A stretch of 64,000 nucleotides of DNA, from positions 28,024,001-28,088,000 of the forward strand of contig OX597831.1 in the NCBI GenBank assembly GCA_951406725.2. The letters are read 5' to 3'. Below the pieces are notes generated by a model. That model was not told the DNA's origin. It worked only from the letters and a program-made list of their open reading frames with translations, and did no database searches. Shown in pieces: positions 50,781 through 64,000 of this stretch. This DNA comes from Octopus vulgaris (Eukaryota). The position numbers and the translations under genes were made by a program. Numbering within the stretch: position 1 is the stretch's first letter; each line of letters begins with the position of its first letter.

Positions 50781-51639
50781 TAGAAAAATAATATATATTT
50801 CGCTTCTTTCTCGGAGCAAAAATATATATTTGCATAATCATGGCTTAACTCAGTCAACTTTGACACAATATAATCCAAAGAAAATTCGTAAGAAGTCTTG
50901 TTCGAGGAGTTACATGTGTGAATGGGTGAAACTTTATCCTTGACTTAGCTATGACATTCACAATTATTGTCAGCATTTATGTTGCCCTTGTGAAGCATTT
51001 TCATATACATAGTAATGCTTTTGCTTCGGAAAAACTGGAAATAGACAAAACGGCTCGCAAACAAAACATGCAAAAAGTGTTTGTCATCAAGCAAGCCTAA
51101 ATGGGTGCACCACTATCGAGCGAATACAAAATATAAAAATGTCACGGTTGGGTCAAGTAAGTACAATATGAAAGCAATAGGAGTACCAGAAGGTTATTAT
51201 AAGCACTCTGTTGTTTTCTGTCCAATAAAACATAACTCGACAAAGCCAGGCAAAAGAACCGAGGTCATTTGAAACTCTGGTCCAAGAGATAATCTTTGGC
51301 TACAACTAAAACTGAAAAGCTACGTAGATGTAATGGACTTCAGCTTTTATCGTTTATCTTTTATCTAGGCCTAATAGCAGCTAACCCTCAAGGGTTCTCA
51401 ACTATTTTCTTTTTATCAATGGACCCCTTTGATTACTATTTTATTCTGGTGAACCCTACGTAGCCATTCGATGTAAAATCTAGTTTTATTGATACTTTGA
51501 TCAAAATTCCTATTTTGTTATTCACACATTAACTTGTGTAGGTCAAACTATATGAAATGTTAGAGAAAGAAACAGCTGTTTCTTGCAATACATACCAATA
51601 CATACCTCTGTTGAAGGGAATTAGTAATAATAGTACACC

Positions 51640-52975
51640 TCTCTCATGTTGATGGAAGGTGAGTCCAGTGGGATTTCGTTGAACATGACGGCCATGTACC
51701 AAGAGAAACAAGTTGGTGCTAGGACGCATCCTTGCTTAAGACCCCCCAATGATGGGAAACGGGTCTGTGAGAGCATTTTGATGGCATACCCTACCCACTA
51801 TGTCGTCGTGAAGGAAGCGGACCTAGGCAATGAAGTCCTCGGGACATCCAAACCGAGCGAAGACGGCTCACATTTCATGACGAGGGACCTGCTCAAGAGC
51901 TTTCTTTAGATTCCAAAAGATGAACATTGCAGGCTGTTGTTGTTCTTGACACTTCTCCTGAAGTTGGCGGGCACAAAAGATCATGTCGATTATGCCTCAA
52001 GAGTTTAAAGCCACGGTGGGACTCAGGGAGGAAGTCTTCCGCGAGGATGAGGAGGCGATAGAGTAGGTTATGGGCAAAGATCTTGCTTGCAATACTCAGG
52101 AGTGAGATACTTCGATAGTTGTTGTAATCCTCTCGGTCTCCTTTCTTGTAGATGGTGATGATAGTTGCATCGCGGACGTCGTTTGGGAGAGTCTTGCTTT
52201 CCCAGATCTCGGGGATAAGGAGCGTCAGATGATTTCTCAGCTCAGAACCTCTGTGCATGAAAAACTCAAACTGAATGTTGTCTGGTCCTGGAGTTTTGCC
52301 CAGCTTCGAGCGCTTGAATGCCTCGTTGAACTCATGGGGCGATGGCGGCAGGGACATCCAATGGCATATGGGGAGCTGTGGTGTGTTTTGGAGGAGATCG
52401 TCAGGAGTGCGTGAGTGGCCATTAAGTAGGCTCTGGTATTGGGACTTCCAGCAATCGAGGATTCCTTGGGTGTCGGTTATCGTAGAGCCAGCTGCGTTCT
52501 TCAGGCCATCCACTGATGACCTTGTGGAGCCGAAGATCTCTTTGGTTGCGGCATAAAAGCGATGCAAGTCTCGTTGGTCAGCATAGTTTTGCATCTCCTC
52601 TGCTTTTCTCTGCCACCAGATGTTCTGGCATTCCGCTGATGCTTGCTGGTGTTTTCGTTTATTCTCCACAGTGGCATGGTTCTCGAAGACCAGTCGCGTC
52701 CGGCGTTTAGCTTCGATGAGACGGGAGATGGTTTCATCATTCTCATCAAACCAGTCTTGGTTCTTCTTCCGGGCAAAACCGATCGTCTCCTCAGCGCAGC
52801 GGTCATGGCATCATGGAGGCTGGCCCAGTGATCCTCATTGAAGGTCGGCTCTAAGAGGTCCATCAGGTGTCTCTCAATAGATTCCCTGAAGTCTTGGGAT
52901 GCCTGTGAGTTCTGGAGTTTGGCGCAGTCGTAACATCAGCAAGGTGTGTTTGGTGAGATCTGCTTTGGTGGACCA
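51640..52975 (-). mobile_element. RTE-clade LINE ORF2 fragment (tether region and RT), frameshifted
   Basis: GKTPGPDNI...DATIITIYKKGDREDYNNYRSISLLSIASKIFA...LPESHRGF, continuing in another frame DMIFCARQLQEKC...GLKQGCVLAP. Confidence 0.92.
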
Positions 52976-54381
52976 ACATCTAGACCCCCAACGGCGAAAC
53001 AAGCAACGAATAAGTACTAGGCTTACAAAGAATAGTCCTGGGGTCAATTTTTTTCGACTAAAGGTTGAGATCCAGCACGACTACAGTCAAATGACAAACA
53101 AAAGAATAAAAAAATAATACGCACATTGACCAAGGTAGTTCTAAATAAAGGAGAGATGGTCACTGCTGGAAAGCCTTTGATCAGAGAACTGTTGGATTTG
53201 GACTGCGCTGGTGCAATGAAGCAAACTACACCCTTTTTTTCTTTTCTTCCTCTTCTTTTCCCCCTTCGTTTTTCCCTATCACCACCATTACCTTCATCAT
53301 CACCATCATCGTCATAATCATCATCCCCACCACCACCACCACCACCACCACCTTCATCTACTTTCCCCTCCAACCATCTACCCTTATACTTGCTACCTCT
53401 CCTCCCTACACTCTTCATCCTTTTCCTTCTCATCCACCATCTCCACACCCTCCTCCCCCCTTGAATGGTGTGGCGTCTTTCTTATCAATTAAGCGATAGA
53501 GCTGTTCAGCACTGGTATGAATCATGTTATCCTTGTTGTACGGATGGTGGCTTGTGTAAACACACACACACACGTAATACACATCACATACTCGCACATA
53601 CAAACACATACACATATACACACACATACGTACATACATTCATAGATACATACACACACATACATACATATGTGTATATATATGTACATACGCATATCTC
53701 ACATATGCATACATGCGCACATACACACACATATACGTGCACACACACATCACACATCACACACACATACCATGAGTGTGTGTGTGTGTGTGTGTATTAT
53801 ATCAAACCTGAACCCTTTCTAATTATCGTTCCACCCACACCCCTTCATCCGCCCCTCCCCCACTCACCCAACACATGGCACCAGTCTTGTGGTAAGTGTG
53901 ACGATAATGTTTATATTTATATAGAAAAGATTCATTTCACTAATTTTAACACACAAGTAGCCTTCAGTCTTTCATCTAACATGGTTACCGTGTTCATGCA
54001 TGTCAGAGTGTGTGTGTGTATATATATGTATATGTGTGTGTATGTGTGTGTGTATGTGCATGTTTGTGTATTGTATTTATATATGCGTCTCTCTCCCTCT
54101 CTCTCTCTCTCTATTTCTCTGTATATATGACTGTATATTATATGTGTGTGTGTGTGTGTGTACATTTTGAAGTATATGTCCACGCATATGTACGCGCATA
54201 GACACATACGCACACAAACACACACACACAAACACAAACATATTCATATATAATTCCTTTTTTGTAGATCTTTTCGTAAGACACTTGATGTGAATCCGGG
54301 TGTTGAAACATCTGACTGATTGTAGGAGGGTCATTATGCTAATAAACACACTCTGTCTGTCTGTCTCTGTCTCTCTGTCTG

Positions 54382-54415
<34 letters not shown>

Positions 54416-54564
54416 GTAGACACTCTCATACGTATACACTCTCTCGCATAGATACAGGTTATAGTTCACCTGTTTATTAATCAGTGTCTCTAAGTCTTTC
54501 GTTACACTTCTGTAAACTTCTTAATGAGCTTCCTTTCATTTTTCTTTCTTTTTATCTTCTATCT

Positions 54565-55420
54565 TTTCCCTGTTTCAGTCATTAGTCTGCGGCCACGCTA
54601 GGGCACCGCCCTGAAGAACTCTACTCGAACGAATCCACCCCCAATACTTATTTTTTTAAAGGCTGGTACTTATTCAATAGATCTCTTTTTGCCCAACTTC
54701 TAAGTTACGGGGGACGTAATCACATCAACACCAGTTGTCAAGCAGTGGTGAGGGACAAAGAAACTCACACACACACACACATCAGTGGTGACTCCGGCAC
54801 ACGGGTTATTTGGGCTTAGCCCGAAAATAAATTTAGTATAGTATACGTGCATTTGCAAGCTAATTTCATTTCTACCAACATTGACTTCAAATGTAGCCAA
54901 TCACTCGGGCTCCTTTTATTGAGCCTGGTCGCAGTTCGTTTACTTTCGTTCAACGTCAGGCGGTGTCTTAGAAGTTCCCTGTGTTAAAAAAAATATCATT
55001 CGTAGCAGACGTTCTCTCGACATCGTTCACACTCGCCTGACTCGGCCTCAGAAGTCACAGCCCGAGTTGTTATCTATAATCGTAAAAATTAAAAGTAATT
55101 CGAATTCAAAGTTTTCTTGAAACAATAAATTTCTATAGCGATTAGGATTTAAATACCAATCTATGAAAAGTTTCCGTTCTACAATATTCTTAAAGGTACG
55201 AAAATTTTTTCCAGCAACGAAAAATTATCCAGCAATTCATGTTTGGATAAACTTTAAATATATATATATACGACGGGCTTCTTTCAGTTTCCGTTCATCA
55301 AATCCACTCACAAGATTTGTGGTCAACCCGAAGCTCTAGTATAAGACACATGCCTAAGGTGCCTTGCAGTGGGACTGAACCCGAAACTATGTGATCGGGA
55401 AACAAACTTCTTACAACACA
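54565..55420 (-). mobile_element. Family C SINE apparently split at its microsatellite by an about 480-bp insertion
   Basis: 3' half 54565-54780, 5' half 55270-55420; the insert begins CAGTGGTGACTCC. Confidence 0.55.
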
Positions 55421-55564
55421 TTTTTTACAAGCATAATGACCCTCTAAATACACACACATACATATCGTACATACAGACATAGATAAATATAGATATATCC
55501 ATCCACACATGTATATGTATATATCATACGTGCATACATATATATATAAGAAACATACCTACTG

Positions 55565-55715
55565 GTGAAGGCGTGGCTGTCAGGTAAGAAGCTTGCGTCC
55601 CAACCACATGGTTCCAGGTTCAGTCTCATTGCGTGATACCTTGGGCAAGTATCTTCTACTATGGCCTCGGGCCGCCCAAAGCCTTGTGGGTGGAGTTGGT
55701 AGACGGAAACTGAGC

Positions 55716-55794
<79 letters not shown>

Positions 55795-55905
55795 TGTATG
55801 TGTCGGGCTTAAAAAGAATAAGTTTGGGGTCGATTTGTTCGACTAAAAGTCCTTCAAGGCGGTGCCCCAGCATGACCGCATTTAAAAATGGCTGAACAAG
55901 TAAAC
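55565..55905 (+). mobile_element. Family C SINE with (GA)n(GT)n centre
   Basis: Family homology. Confidence 0.8.
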
Positions 55906-56159
55906 GATAAGATATAACTTACTTGCATATATGACGTACATAACATAGCATGCATACACACACATATACACATACATACCTACACATATACATATATATA
56001 TATATATATATATGCACATCCATACACACATACATACATACACGTACATAATCCATCCATCCATCCATCCATCCATCCATCCATCCATCCATCCATCCAT
56101 ACATACATACATACATACATACATACATACATACATACATACATACATACATACATACA

Positions 56160-56185
<26 letters not shown>

Positions 56186-56190
<5 letters not shown>

Positions 56191-56800
56191 CGTCGTCGAC
56201 TTACGACCGATCGACTTTACGATCGGCGCGCCAGCTTCCGGCAGCAATAATAAATGGTCCAGTTGAAATCTAATGGGTTTAATTTCTTGGAAATTAACCC
56301 GTCTATGGATGATGTCAGTTAAAAAACGCTTCCCCTAGTTTTGGTTATCGATCGCCACTGTGTTGGATGACTATCCTGTCGCGGAGACATCGAGGCAACC
56401 TCGTATTTGTTTATAAGGCGTCCGAAATTTTTGACTAGTGTATATTGTCTAATGTGGAGGCGCGTGGCTTAGTGGTTAGGGCGTCAGCATCATGATCGTA
56501 AGATTGTGGTTTCGATTCCTGGACCGGGCGACGCGTTGTGTTCTTGAGCAAAACACTTCATTTCACGTTGCTCCAGTCCACTCAGCTAGCAAAAATGAGT
56601 AACGTTGCGATGGACTGGCGTCCCGCCCAACTGGGGAACACATACGCCATTGAAACCGGGAAACAAGGCCCATGAGCCTGGCTAGGCTTTAAAAGGGCGC
56701 ATTTATTTATTTATTTATTTACTTATTTATTTATTTATAATGTCTAATAAAGGTAAGAAGTTTCACAATTTACTTCATCAATTTATTATTCTAGGCATGT

Positions 56801-56841
<41 letters not shown>

Positions 56842-57059
56842 GAGAGAATTTAGAGGGATATATTATCCGGGTGAATGCCATGGTAGCTCTCAGTTATGTT
56901 CCAATATAATACAGAATGCTGTGTGTGACTTTTACCTGAGAATGTACCTTAAGAATGTAAAAATGTATAACAAATGTATGTAAGGCCTAGACTTACGATC
57001 AAATCAACTCACGACCATTCAGTCGGAACTAATTGTAGTCGTAAGTCGACGACAACCTG
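56186..57059. mobile_element. pogo/Tigger-like MITE with captured DNA and a nested SINE
   Basis: GTCGTCGACTTACGAC at left mirrors GTCGTAAGTCGACGACAACCTG|TA at right; subterminal ACTTACGA-like repeats. Confidence 0.65.
56454..56738 (+). mobile_element. tRNA-derived SINE, head D + tail V
   Basis: A and B boxes; GCGATGGACTGGCGTCCC block reminiscent of V-SINE domains; (TTTA)n tail; TSD TGTCTAAT (56446-53, 56741-48). Confidence 0.88.
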
Positions 57060-57263
57060 TATATACATACATGTTGAAATTGAATGGGCCTTTGATATAA
57101 GTTAGAAACCGACTCTTTTTCTAATGGAAAAAAAAATCTTGAAATAAAACTAGATAACACACACACAAATACATACACGCATACATACGTAAATTCAGTT
57201 ACTGTAATCATTTCGGCTCTCTGTACTCTTAACTTCAAACCTGTATTTGGTTCGTATCTCTCC

Positions 57264-57341
<78 letters not shown>

Positions 57342-57760
57342 GTGATCAAGATTAAAAAGTCCTAAAACATATGTGTCAGGCCATTTTCAATGCAGTTTGT
57401 CGTAGAGAAAATTCTCGTCTTTGGTAGCTGGCGTTTAAACATCGATGAATGCATATCATGCTACATGGCTATCGTCAGTACCGGATACCAAGAAAGACAA
57501 CTCTGAAATGACTTTCGATGTCATAGCTTCGTTATAGAACATCTGTAGAAAGTATCTAATAACCATGCGTCACATCGTACCAGGCTAGAACAAAATATCT
57601 AGTAGGCAGACAAAAGCTGTGTTGTGAATTAAACAATCTTTTAGTTCAGTTCAGATACATTCTGAACATATTTGACCTATAAAAACGCCATTTTTACTGC
57701 GGTTTGTCGTGGAGAAAATTTTCACTTTAGGCAACAATATATCAATATATATATATATAT

Positions 57761-58045
57761 ATCACGTGATCACGTGACCGACCAGTCCATCAGATGCAGT
57801 TACACATCGCTGGTCACAATGCGTTCGCATTGTTTTAGCCTTCGAATGACGCCACCCCGTTGGCTAAGCGAGCAGACCAACAGAAGAAAGAGTGGGAGAA
57901 AGAGTGGTGAAAGAGTACAGCAGGGATCACCACCCCCTGCCGGAGCCTCGTGGAGCTTTTAGGTGTTTTCGCTCAATAAACACTCACAACGCAATCCTAC
58001 AACCGCGAGTCCGCTGCCCTAACCATTGGGCCATTGCGCCTCCAC
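57761..58045 (-). mobile_element. Chimeric SINE, head A + tail X
   Basis: 57882-58045 is the family A head (B box deleted); 57761-57881 matches 2352-2466; CAATATATATAT flanks both sides. Confidence 0.82.
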
Positions 58046-58115
58046 CAATATATATATATATATCTATATATATATATACACATACATGAAAGTGATTACC
58101 TTTTGTTCTTTTGTC

Positions 58116-58218
<103 letters not shown>

Positions 58219-58560
58219 TAAAGAATTAATGTAAGCTATTTAACTATTTTATGAAAGCAGAGTCTTAATATAAATGGTAAACCGACCTTAGAACAGAAAC
58301 CGTTTTCAGTGTTGCATACTGCGCGAAAGAGCATAAAGAGACTGTTTATGTGGTTAGATTACAGAAAATAGTCACTTTTATATCTCACACTTGTTGTCGC
58401 TTGTATTTTAGTGAAAGTTTATGACTAAGAAGCAGCTAATGATGAATAAATAATGTTTTTAATGCTTCAAATAAATTCAGGGGATCTAGTGTATATTGTC
58501 TAATAAAAGTAAGAAGTTACACAATTTACTTCATCAATTTATTCTAGGCATGCATGTCTC

Positions 58561-58591
<31 letters not shown>

Positions 58592-59164
58592 TTTAGAGGG
58601 ATATATTATCCGGGTGAATACCAAGGTAGCTCTCAGTTATGTTCCAGGTTATGGCTATCCGCATCGATTAGTATTTAACGCCTGTGACTACTAGGTGCTG
58701 TCATTCACGCTTGGGTAATTCCGTCTTCTCTTCAATGGATTGTAATATTATCTGGAGTGTGTATATTAGCAATAATTATAACGATAGATAATACTAGGAT
58801 GTACTAGTCACCATATTCTCTATCGTTTGTGGGTGGTTATCCGTCCTCAGGGTGAAACAATTACCAGCTACTGATGAAAGCTCTCTCCACTTGCAAACAC
58901 TATATATTCTTTAAACGACGAACAGAAACCTGAGTCTGTGAGTATCACGTAGAGATGGGAGCGATGACCTTCCTTGCAAATGCTATACGGACACAAACTG
59001 TGTGTCGATAGCCAACTGGAAAAGATGTTTTCCTAGAGGTAAAACAACAGTAACATCGTCCTTTATAGGACTGCCCCTTTCTGTGGGCAAACAAACTTTA
59101 CTATTCGGTACTGTTACTGTATGTCACTCGCTCAGAGATTTAAAACAAGTTGTTTTTCTCTATA

Positions 59165-59535
59165 TTCCTTTATTTGTTTCAGTCATTTTGCAGTAGCCAT
59201 GCTGGACCACCGCCTTTTAGTCGAAGAAATCGATCCCAGGACTTATTCTTTGTAAGCATGGTACTTATTCTATCGGTTCGCTTTTGCCGAACCGCTAAGT
59301 TACGGGGACATAAACACGCCATCATCGGTTGTCAAGCGATGGTGTGGGGGGCAAACACAGACACAAACACACACACACACACACACACACACATGTGTAT
59401 ACGACGGGCTTCTTTTCATTTTCCATTAACCAAATCCACTCACAAGGCTTTGGTCAGCCCGAGAAGACACTTGCCCCGAATACCACGCAGTGGGACAGCC
59501 TGAAACCATGTGGTTGGGAAGCAAGCTTCTTACTG
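59165..59535 (-). mobile_element. Family C SINE
   Basis: Family homology. Confidence 0.8.
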
Positions 59536-59736
59536 CACACACACACATCACAAAATATTACAGCTATTGGTTTCACCGTCTCTGAGTCTTCTGATTCTTA
59601 AGGTATTGGTTCTGATCCACCAACTCATGTTCACTGGAAGACGAAGAGATGTTACAAGCAATCCTTACAAGTTATTCTGCCTGACTTTTGAATTGTCTGC
59701 CGTATATTTTATTATCTATTATAAACGTTCGATTTA

Positions 59737-60250
59737 TCTATATATATAAAACTGTAGTTGTGTGAGTGTCTGTCCCCTTCGATTTAGATTCCTAACTACT
59801 CCCACATTTTGCGGTGCAGTTTAACCAAATTCGGGTATCTTATAGTCGTGATTCATATCGAGCCTGTCTGGGTATTAGCGCGCGTCTACGATGAGTCTAC
59901 GATTTTAAAAATAATTTAACATCATTTTTTTATTCCATTTTAATGCATAATTTTTCGTGTGCCGATGGCGGCGGAGTTGGCGTCCATGGTCACACCTGCA
60001 CCTGTTTGCTTCTCCCCCTTCTTCCCTCCCTCGTGAAGCTGTGGGGAAGGGAGTTTAAGGAAATCAACGTCGTAAAGCGTCGTCAAGGAGACCAGCGTTC
60101 TTTTAGAACAACGACTTCATGGCTTGAAGACACCAAAACAGAAATGGCTAAGAAAGCCCGAATTGGCATCTATAAGGGAAGTAACTCTCTAAAAATGCTT
60201 ATATAGTTATTTCCCTTACAAACCCGAGCAACGCCGGGCGATACTGCTAG
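59737..60250 (+). mobile_element. Non-autonomous Helitron, complete
   Basis: A|TCTATATATATAAA start, hairpin CCCGAGCAACGCCGGG (60223-38), CTAG|T end. Confidence 0.85.
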
Positions 60251-60609
60251 TATATATATAAAAATTAAAAGACTGAGTAAATGTTTGCTTATCTATTAGT
60301 ATAGTATAGTGTTATATATTTTAATATATTATTTACTGAATGATGAGAAAAGTTATTACATAATCAACTTCATTAACTTACGGCTGTTTCTGCTATAAGA
60401 AGCAGTGCACATAAAGCTGTGCGCTTGTGTAACATCATATAACTTCTCATTTCTCAATAATTAATATTACGCTCTATTCTTGCCAAACGCTTCATTCTAA
60501 AACGTATGTCTATTGAGTTCTAACAACTGGTTATTAGCATCGTTATGCCTAAACGAAATCATAAAAAACAAAATTTATTTATTATTTCAGCGTATTGATT
60601 TGAATAAAA

Positions 60610-61420
60610 TAATCCTGTCTGTTATAGGCACAAAGCCTAACCCCGGGGCTTGACTGGTACTTCTTTTATCGACCCCGAAAAGATGAAAGGCAAGGCTGGC
60701 TTCGGTGGAATTTGAACTCAGAATGTAAAGACGGGCAAAATGCTTAGCCATTCATCCGTCTTCACGGCGTGCTAACGATTCTCATTGCTTTATTGCCCAC
60801 AAGGGGCTAAAGATAGAGGGGACAAACAAGGACAGGCAAAGGGATTAAGTCGATTACATCGATCCCAGTGCGTAACCGGAACTTAATTTATTGACACCGA
60901 AAGGATGAAAGGCAAAGTTGACCTCGGTGGAATTTGAACGCAGAACGTAGCGGCAGACGAAATACCTATTTCTTTATTGCCCACAAGGGGCTAAACACAG
61001 AGAGGACAAACAAGGACAGACAAACAGATTAAGTCGATTATATCGACCCCAGTGCGTAACTGGTACTTAATTTATCGACCTCGAAAGGATGAAAGGCAAA
61101 GTCGACCTCGGCGGAATTTGAACTCACAACGTAACGACAGACGAAATACCGCTAAGCATTTCGTCCGGCGTGCTAACGATTCTACCAGCTCGCTGCTTTA
61201 ATAACATCTCTAATAACTGGTTTCAAATTTTGGCAAAAAGCCAGCAATATCGGGGTGGCAAGGTACGTCCATTACATCGGCCTCACAAGTTGAATGTTTC
61301 CTATCTAACCACGATAGGATGAAAAACAAAGTCGACTTCAGTTGAATTAGAACGTAGACATGGACGAAATGCTCAAGCAGTTTGCCGGCTTGCTAACGAT
61401 TTTGCCAGCTCGTCGTCTTG
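60610..61420 (-). mobile_element. Multimeric family-M SINE (to about 61200) plus an older monomer
   Basis: Reverse-complement cores near 60670, 60895, 61075 and 61320. Confidence 0.8.
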
Positions 61421-64000
61421 CCAATTCGAATAATATAATAAAAATAAATCTTTCTCCCTATTCTTTTTGACAAGATAACGGATTAAACGTCTATAACTGA
61501 AGGGAAATTACTCTGACTCCATTTTTCTTTATGCCTGTATTTTCGTTTCTTTATGAAATTTCAAAAGTTCATATTGAATGTCTGTGTGTTCGTTTGCATT
61601 GCTTATTATATGCGTTTATACTTTACTTTATAGGGATACGTGTATATTTTCCCTGTATTTCTTGCGTATGCTTGCCAAGACAATGACTCGTCTCTTGATA
61701 TCCTTTCGTAAACAAAGGATAGTTCACCCGACATCACTGCACCTTATACATGTCCAACACAATGAGGCAGAAAAGTTTCATATTATATAGGACTACAAAG
61801 AAAATTATAATTAACAATTCAATCTAAAAAATTTGTATATGTTTGTGTGTCTGTGTATTCGTTGGAACCATTCATTGAATAATATATGAAATCAAATGTT
61901 GGTATAACTTTACTATGAAAAAGTCATTCATTTTGAAATAATAGGCATAAACTATTGTGCGACAGGCATTTAGAATTTATTTCTTCACGCTCACACATGC
62001 ACAGGTACCTACTTAAAAATCTTGAATCTTTATATTCCATTCGCTTCTTTCACATGTTCTCATACACACACACACACACACAAATGGGACAAGAATGCAA
62101 AACATCCAGACAGTTAAGTGATACAAAAAAGGGACAACAAAACACCCACACAGACAATACAAAGAAAACAAGGACCGGTCATTCGGAGTTTTCTTTCCTC
62201 AGTCGAGTTTCAGATTATCTTTGCGATTTCGGCTGGTTATACTCGAGATTGCTCCAATCTAGCCAGCCCCAAGGAAAAACAAAGCTAAGAGCATTAGAAA
62301 GTAGCGAATGTATACGAAAACAAGGACGGAAAAAAACGGAGAAAGTTACACAAATACAAATAACAGGACATAACAACAGGTGTCTTTCGACTAAGGACGC
62401 ATTAAATTAAGCTGGCGTGTGTGGAAGTAAAGCTTTACGGCATGGACATAAGATTCAACAGGTACAGGGAGGAATATAGATGTTGCACGGATGGTAACAC
62501 ATACATATGTATATATAGGTCTATTCGATATTTTAAGTAGTTAATAATAGACGATTAGAATTAGTCTCTGTGGCGAGTTAAACCGAGCTCTTAGTTATAA
62601 ATGAAGTCTCAACATAGGACTGAAACTAGTACAGTGGATTCCCCTTCATCTCTCCATGGAAATATTATATACAAAAGAAAAAAGATTTTTGCATCTGTCT
62701 ATTGCATGGTGGTGGAAAAAATCCATATACTCTGTAATATAGACTAAGATACCAACTTACCAACATAACTACCTATTTATCTATCTACCTACCAAGCTAT
62801 CTACCAACCTACTTAGCTATCTACTATTTACCTACTTACCTACCTACCTATTCACCTACCAAGCTATCTAGCAGCCTACTTACCTATCTACCGACCTACA
62901 TTATCTATTTACCTACCTACCGTTCCATCTACCTAATAATCTACCTACCTACCTATCTAACCACCAACCTACATTATCTATTTATCTACCTACGGTTCCA
63001 CTTACCTAATAACCTACCTACCTACTTGCCTACCAAGCTACTTACTTACCTATCTACCTACCTAGAATATCTATTTACCTACCTACCGTTCCACCTACCT
63101 AATAAACTATTTACCTACCTACCTACCTACCTACATACATACATGCATACATACACACACACACACACACACACACTACGTACGTATCTACCAACCTACC
63201 TCTCCACCCATCTACGTATTCATATCAATTGCTGCTTGTGGTTTAGTCGATAAGAGTTAAATCCACGTTATTGCCTAAGTAAACACCTTAAGTGAATCAT
63301 TACAGGTATGTTCCTCTTCATTTACTAATTCATACATAATAACAAATGATGGTAAATTGGTTTCTCTTTGTTCGCAAATAATACTGTTGTTGTTGTTGTT
63401 GTTGTTGTTGATAATTCTGTCGCTATTGTTATTGTTACAGATGCTATTATTGATGTCTTTTTTTATTGTTGTTTGTCTATAAAGGTTGTCTTTCGTGATG
63501 ATGATAATGCTGCTGCTACTGGTGATGGTAGCACTAGCGATGATGATGGTGGTGGTGGTGGTGGTGGTGGTGGTGATGGAGGTGGCGGCGGTGACGATGG
63601 TGATAACGATGATTGTGGTGGTGGTGGTGGTGGTGGTGGCGGTGGAGATGGTGGTGGTGGTGATAACGGTGATGGTGGTGGTGGTGGTGGCGGTGGAGAT
63701 GGTGGTGGAGATGCTGATGGTGGTGGCGGTGGAGATGGTGGTGGTGGTGGAGATGGTGATGTGGTGGTGGTTGTGGTGGTTGTAGTGGTAGTGGCGGTGG
63801 TGGTGGAGATGGATGTAGTGGTAGTGGCGGTGGTGGTGGGGATGGATGTAGTGGTAATGGCGGTGGTTGTGATGGCAGTGTTGATGATGATAGCAGTGTT
63901 GCGGAGTATCCAGCCACCAGCCACAAAAGCCCTCACCTAATACAATAATAATAAACCCACAGAAAGACTGTGGACGCCATTGTCTGAACTGTCGTCTGTT

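Noticed and set aside
58865-58942. CTGATGA...GAAACCTGAGTC hammerhead-like string
   Set aside because: Stems I and II could not be formed convincingly; similar weak cases near 3935-3970, 4640-4685, 40620-40690, 44020-44080, 60370-60460 and 62190-62275 were also dropped.

Overview
Repeat-saturated, AT-rich animal genomic DNA. The very dense TA/CA/ATGT/ACC microsatellites and the tRNA-derived SINE families look like octopus (coleoid cephalopod); this is pattern recognition, not a database result. Only one protein-coding gene is well supported: an uninterrupted 794-aa cytoplasmic-type leucine-rich-repeat ORF (11657-14041, +). Nearly all other listed ORFs are microsatellite, SINE or LINE read-through. 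The rest is SINEs (several families, dozens of copies), RTE and R4/Dong LINE fragments, mariner/pogo/hAT MITEs, non-autonomous Helitrons, two foldback elements carrying TTAGGG arrays, and minisatellites. Two signals stand out. First, type I hammerhead-ribozyme motifs with palindromic stem III occur in several unrelated short elements, mostly lodged in (TA)n/(CA)n tracts; one has a canonical core (8927-8980) and one sits downstream of a Pol III tRNA-like head (44267-44530). Second, a SINE superfamily combines two related heads with three unrelated tails. All alignments and folds were done by eye; most repeat boundaries are approximate (about 10-20 bp).
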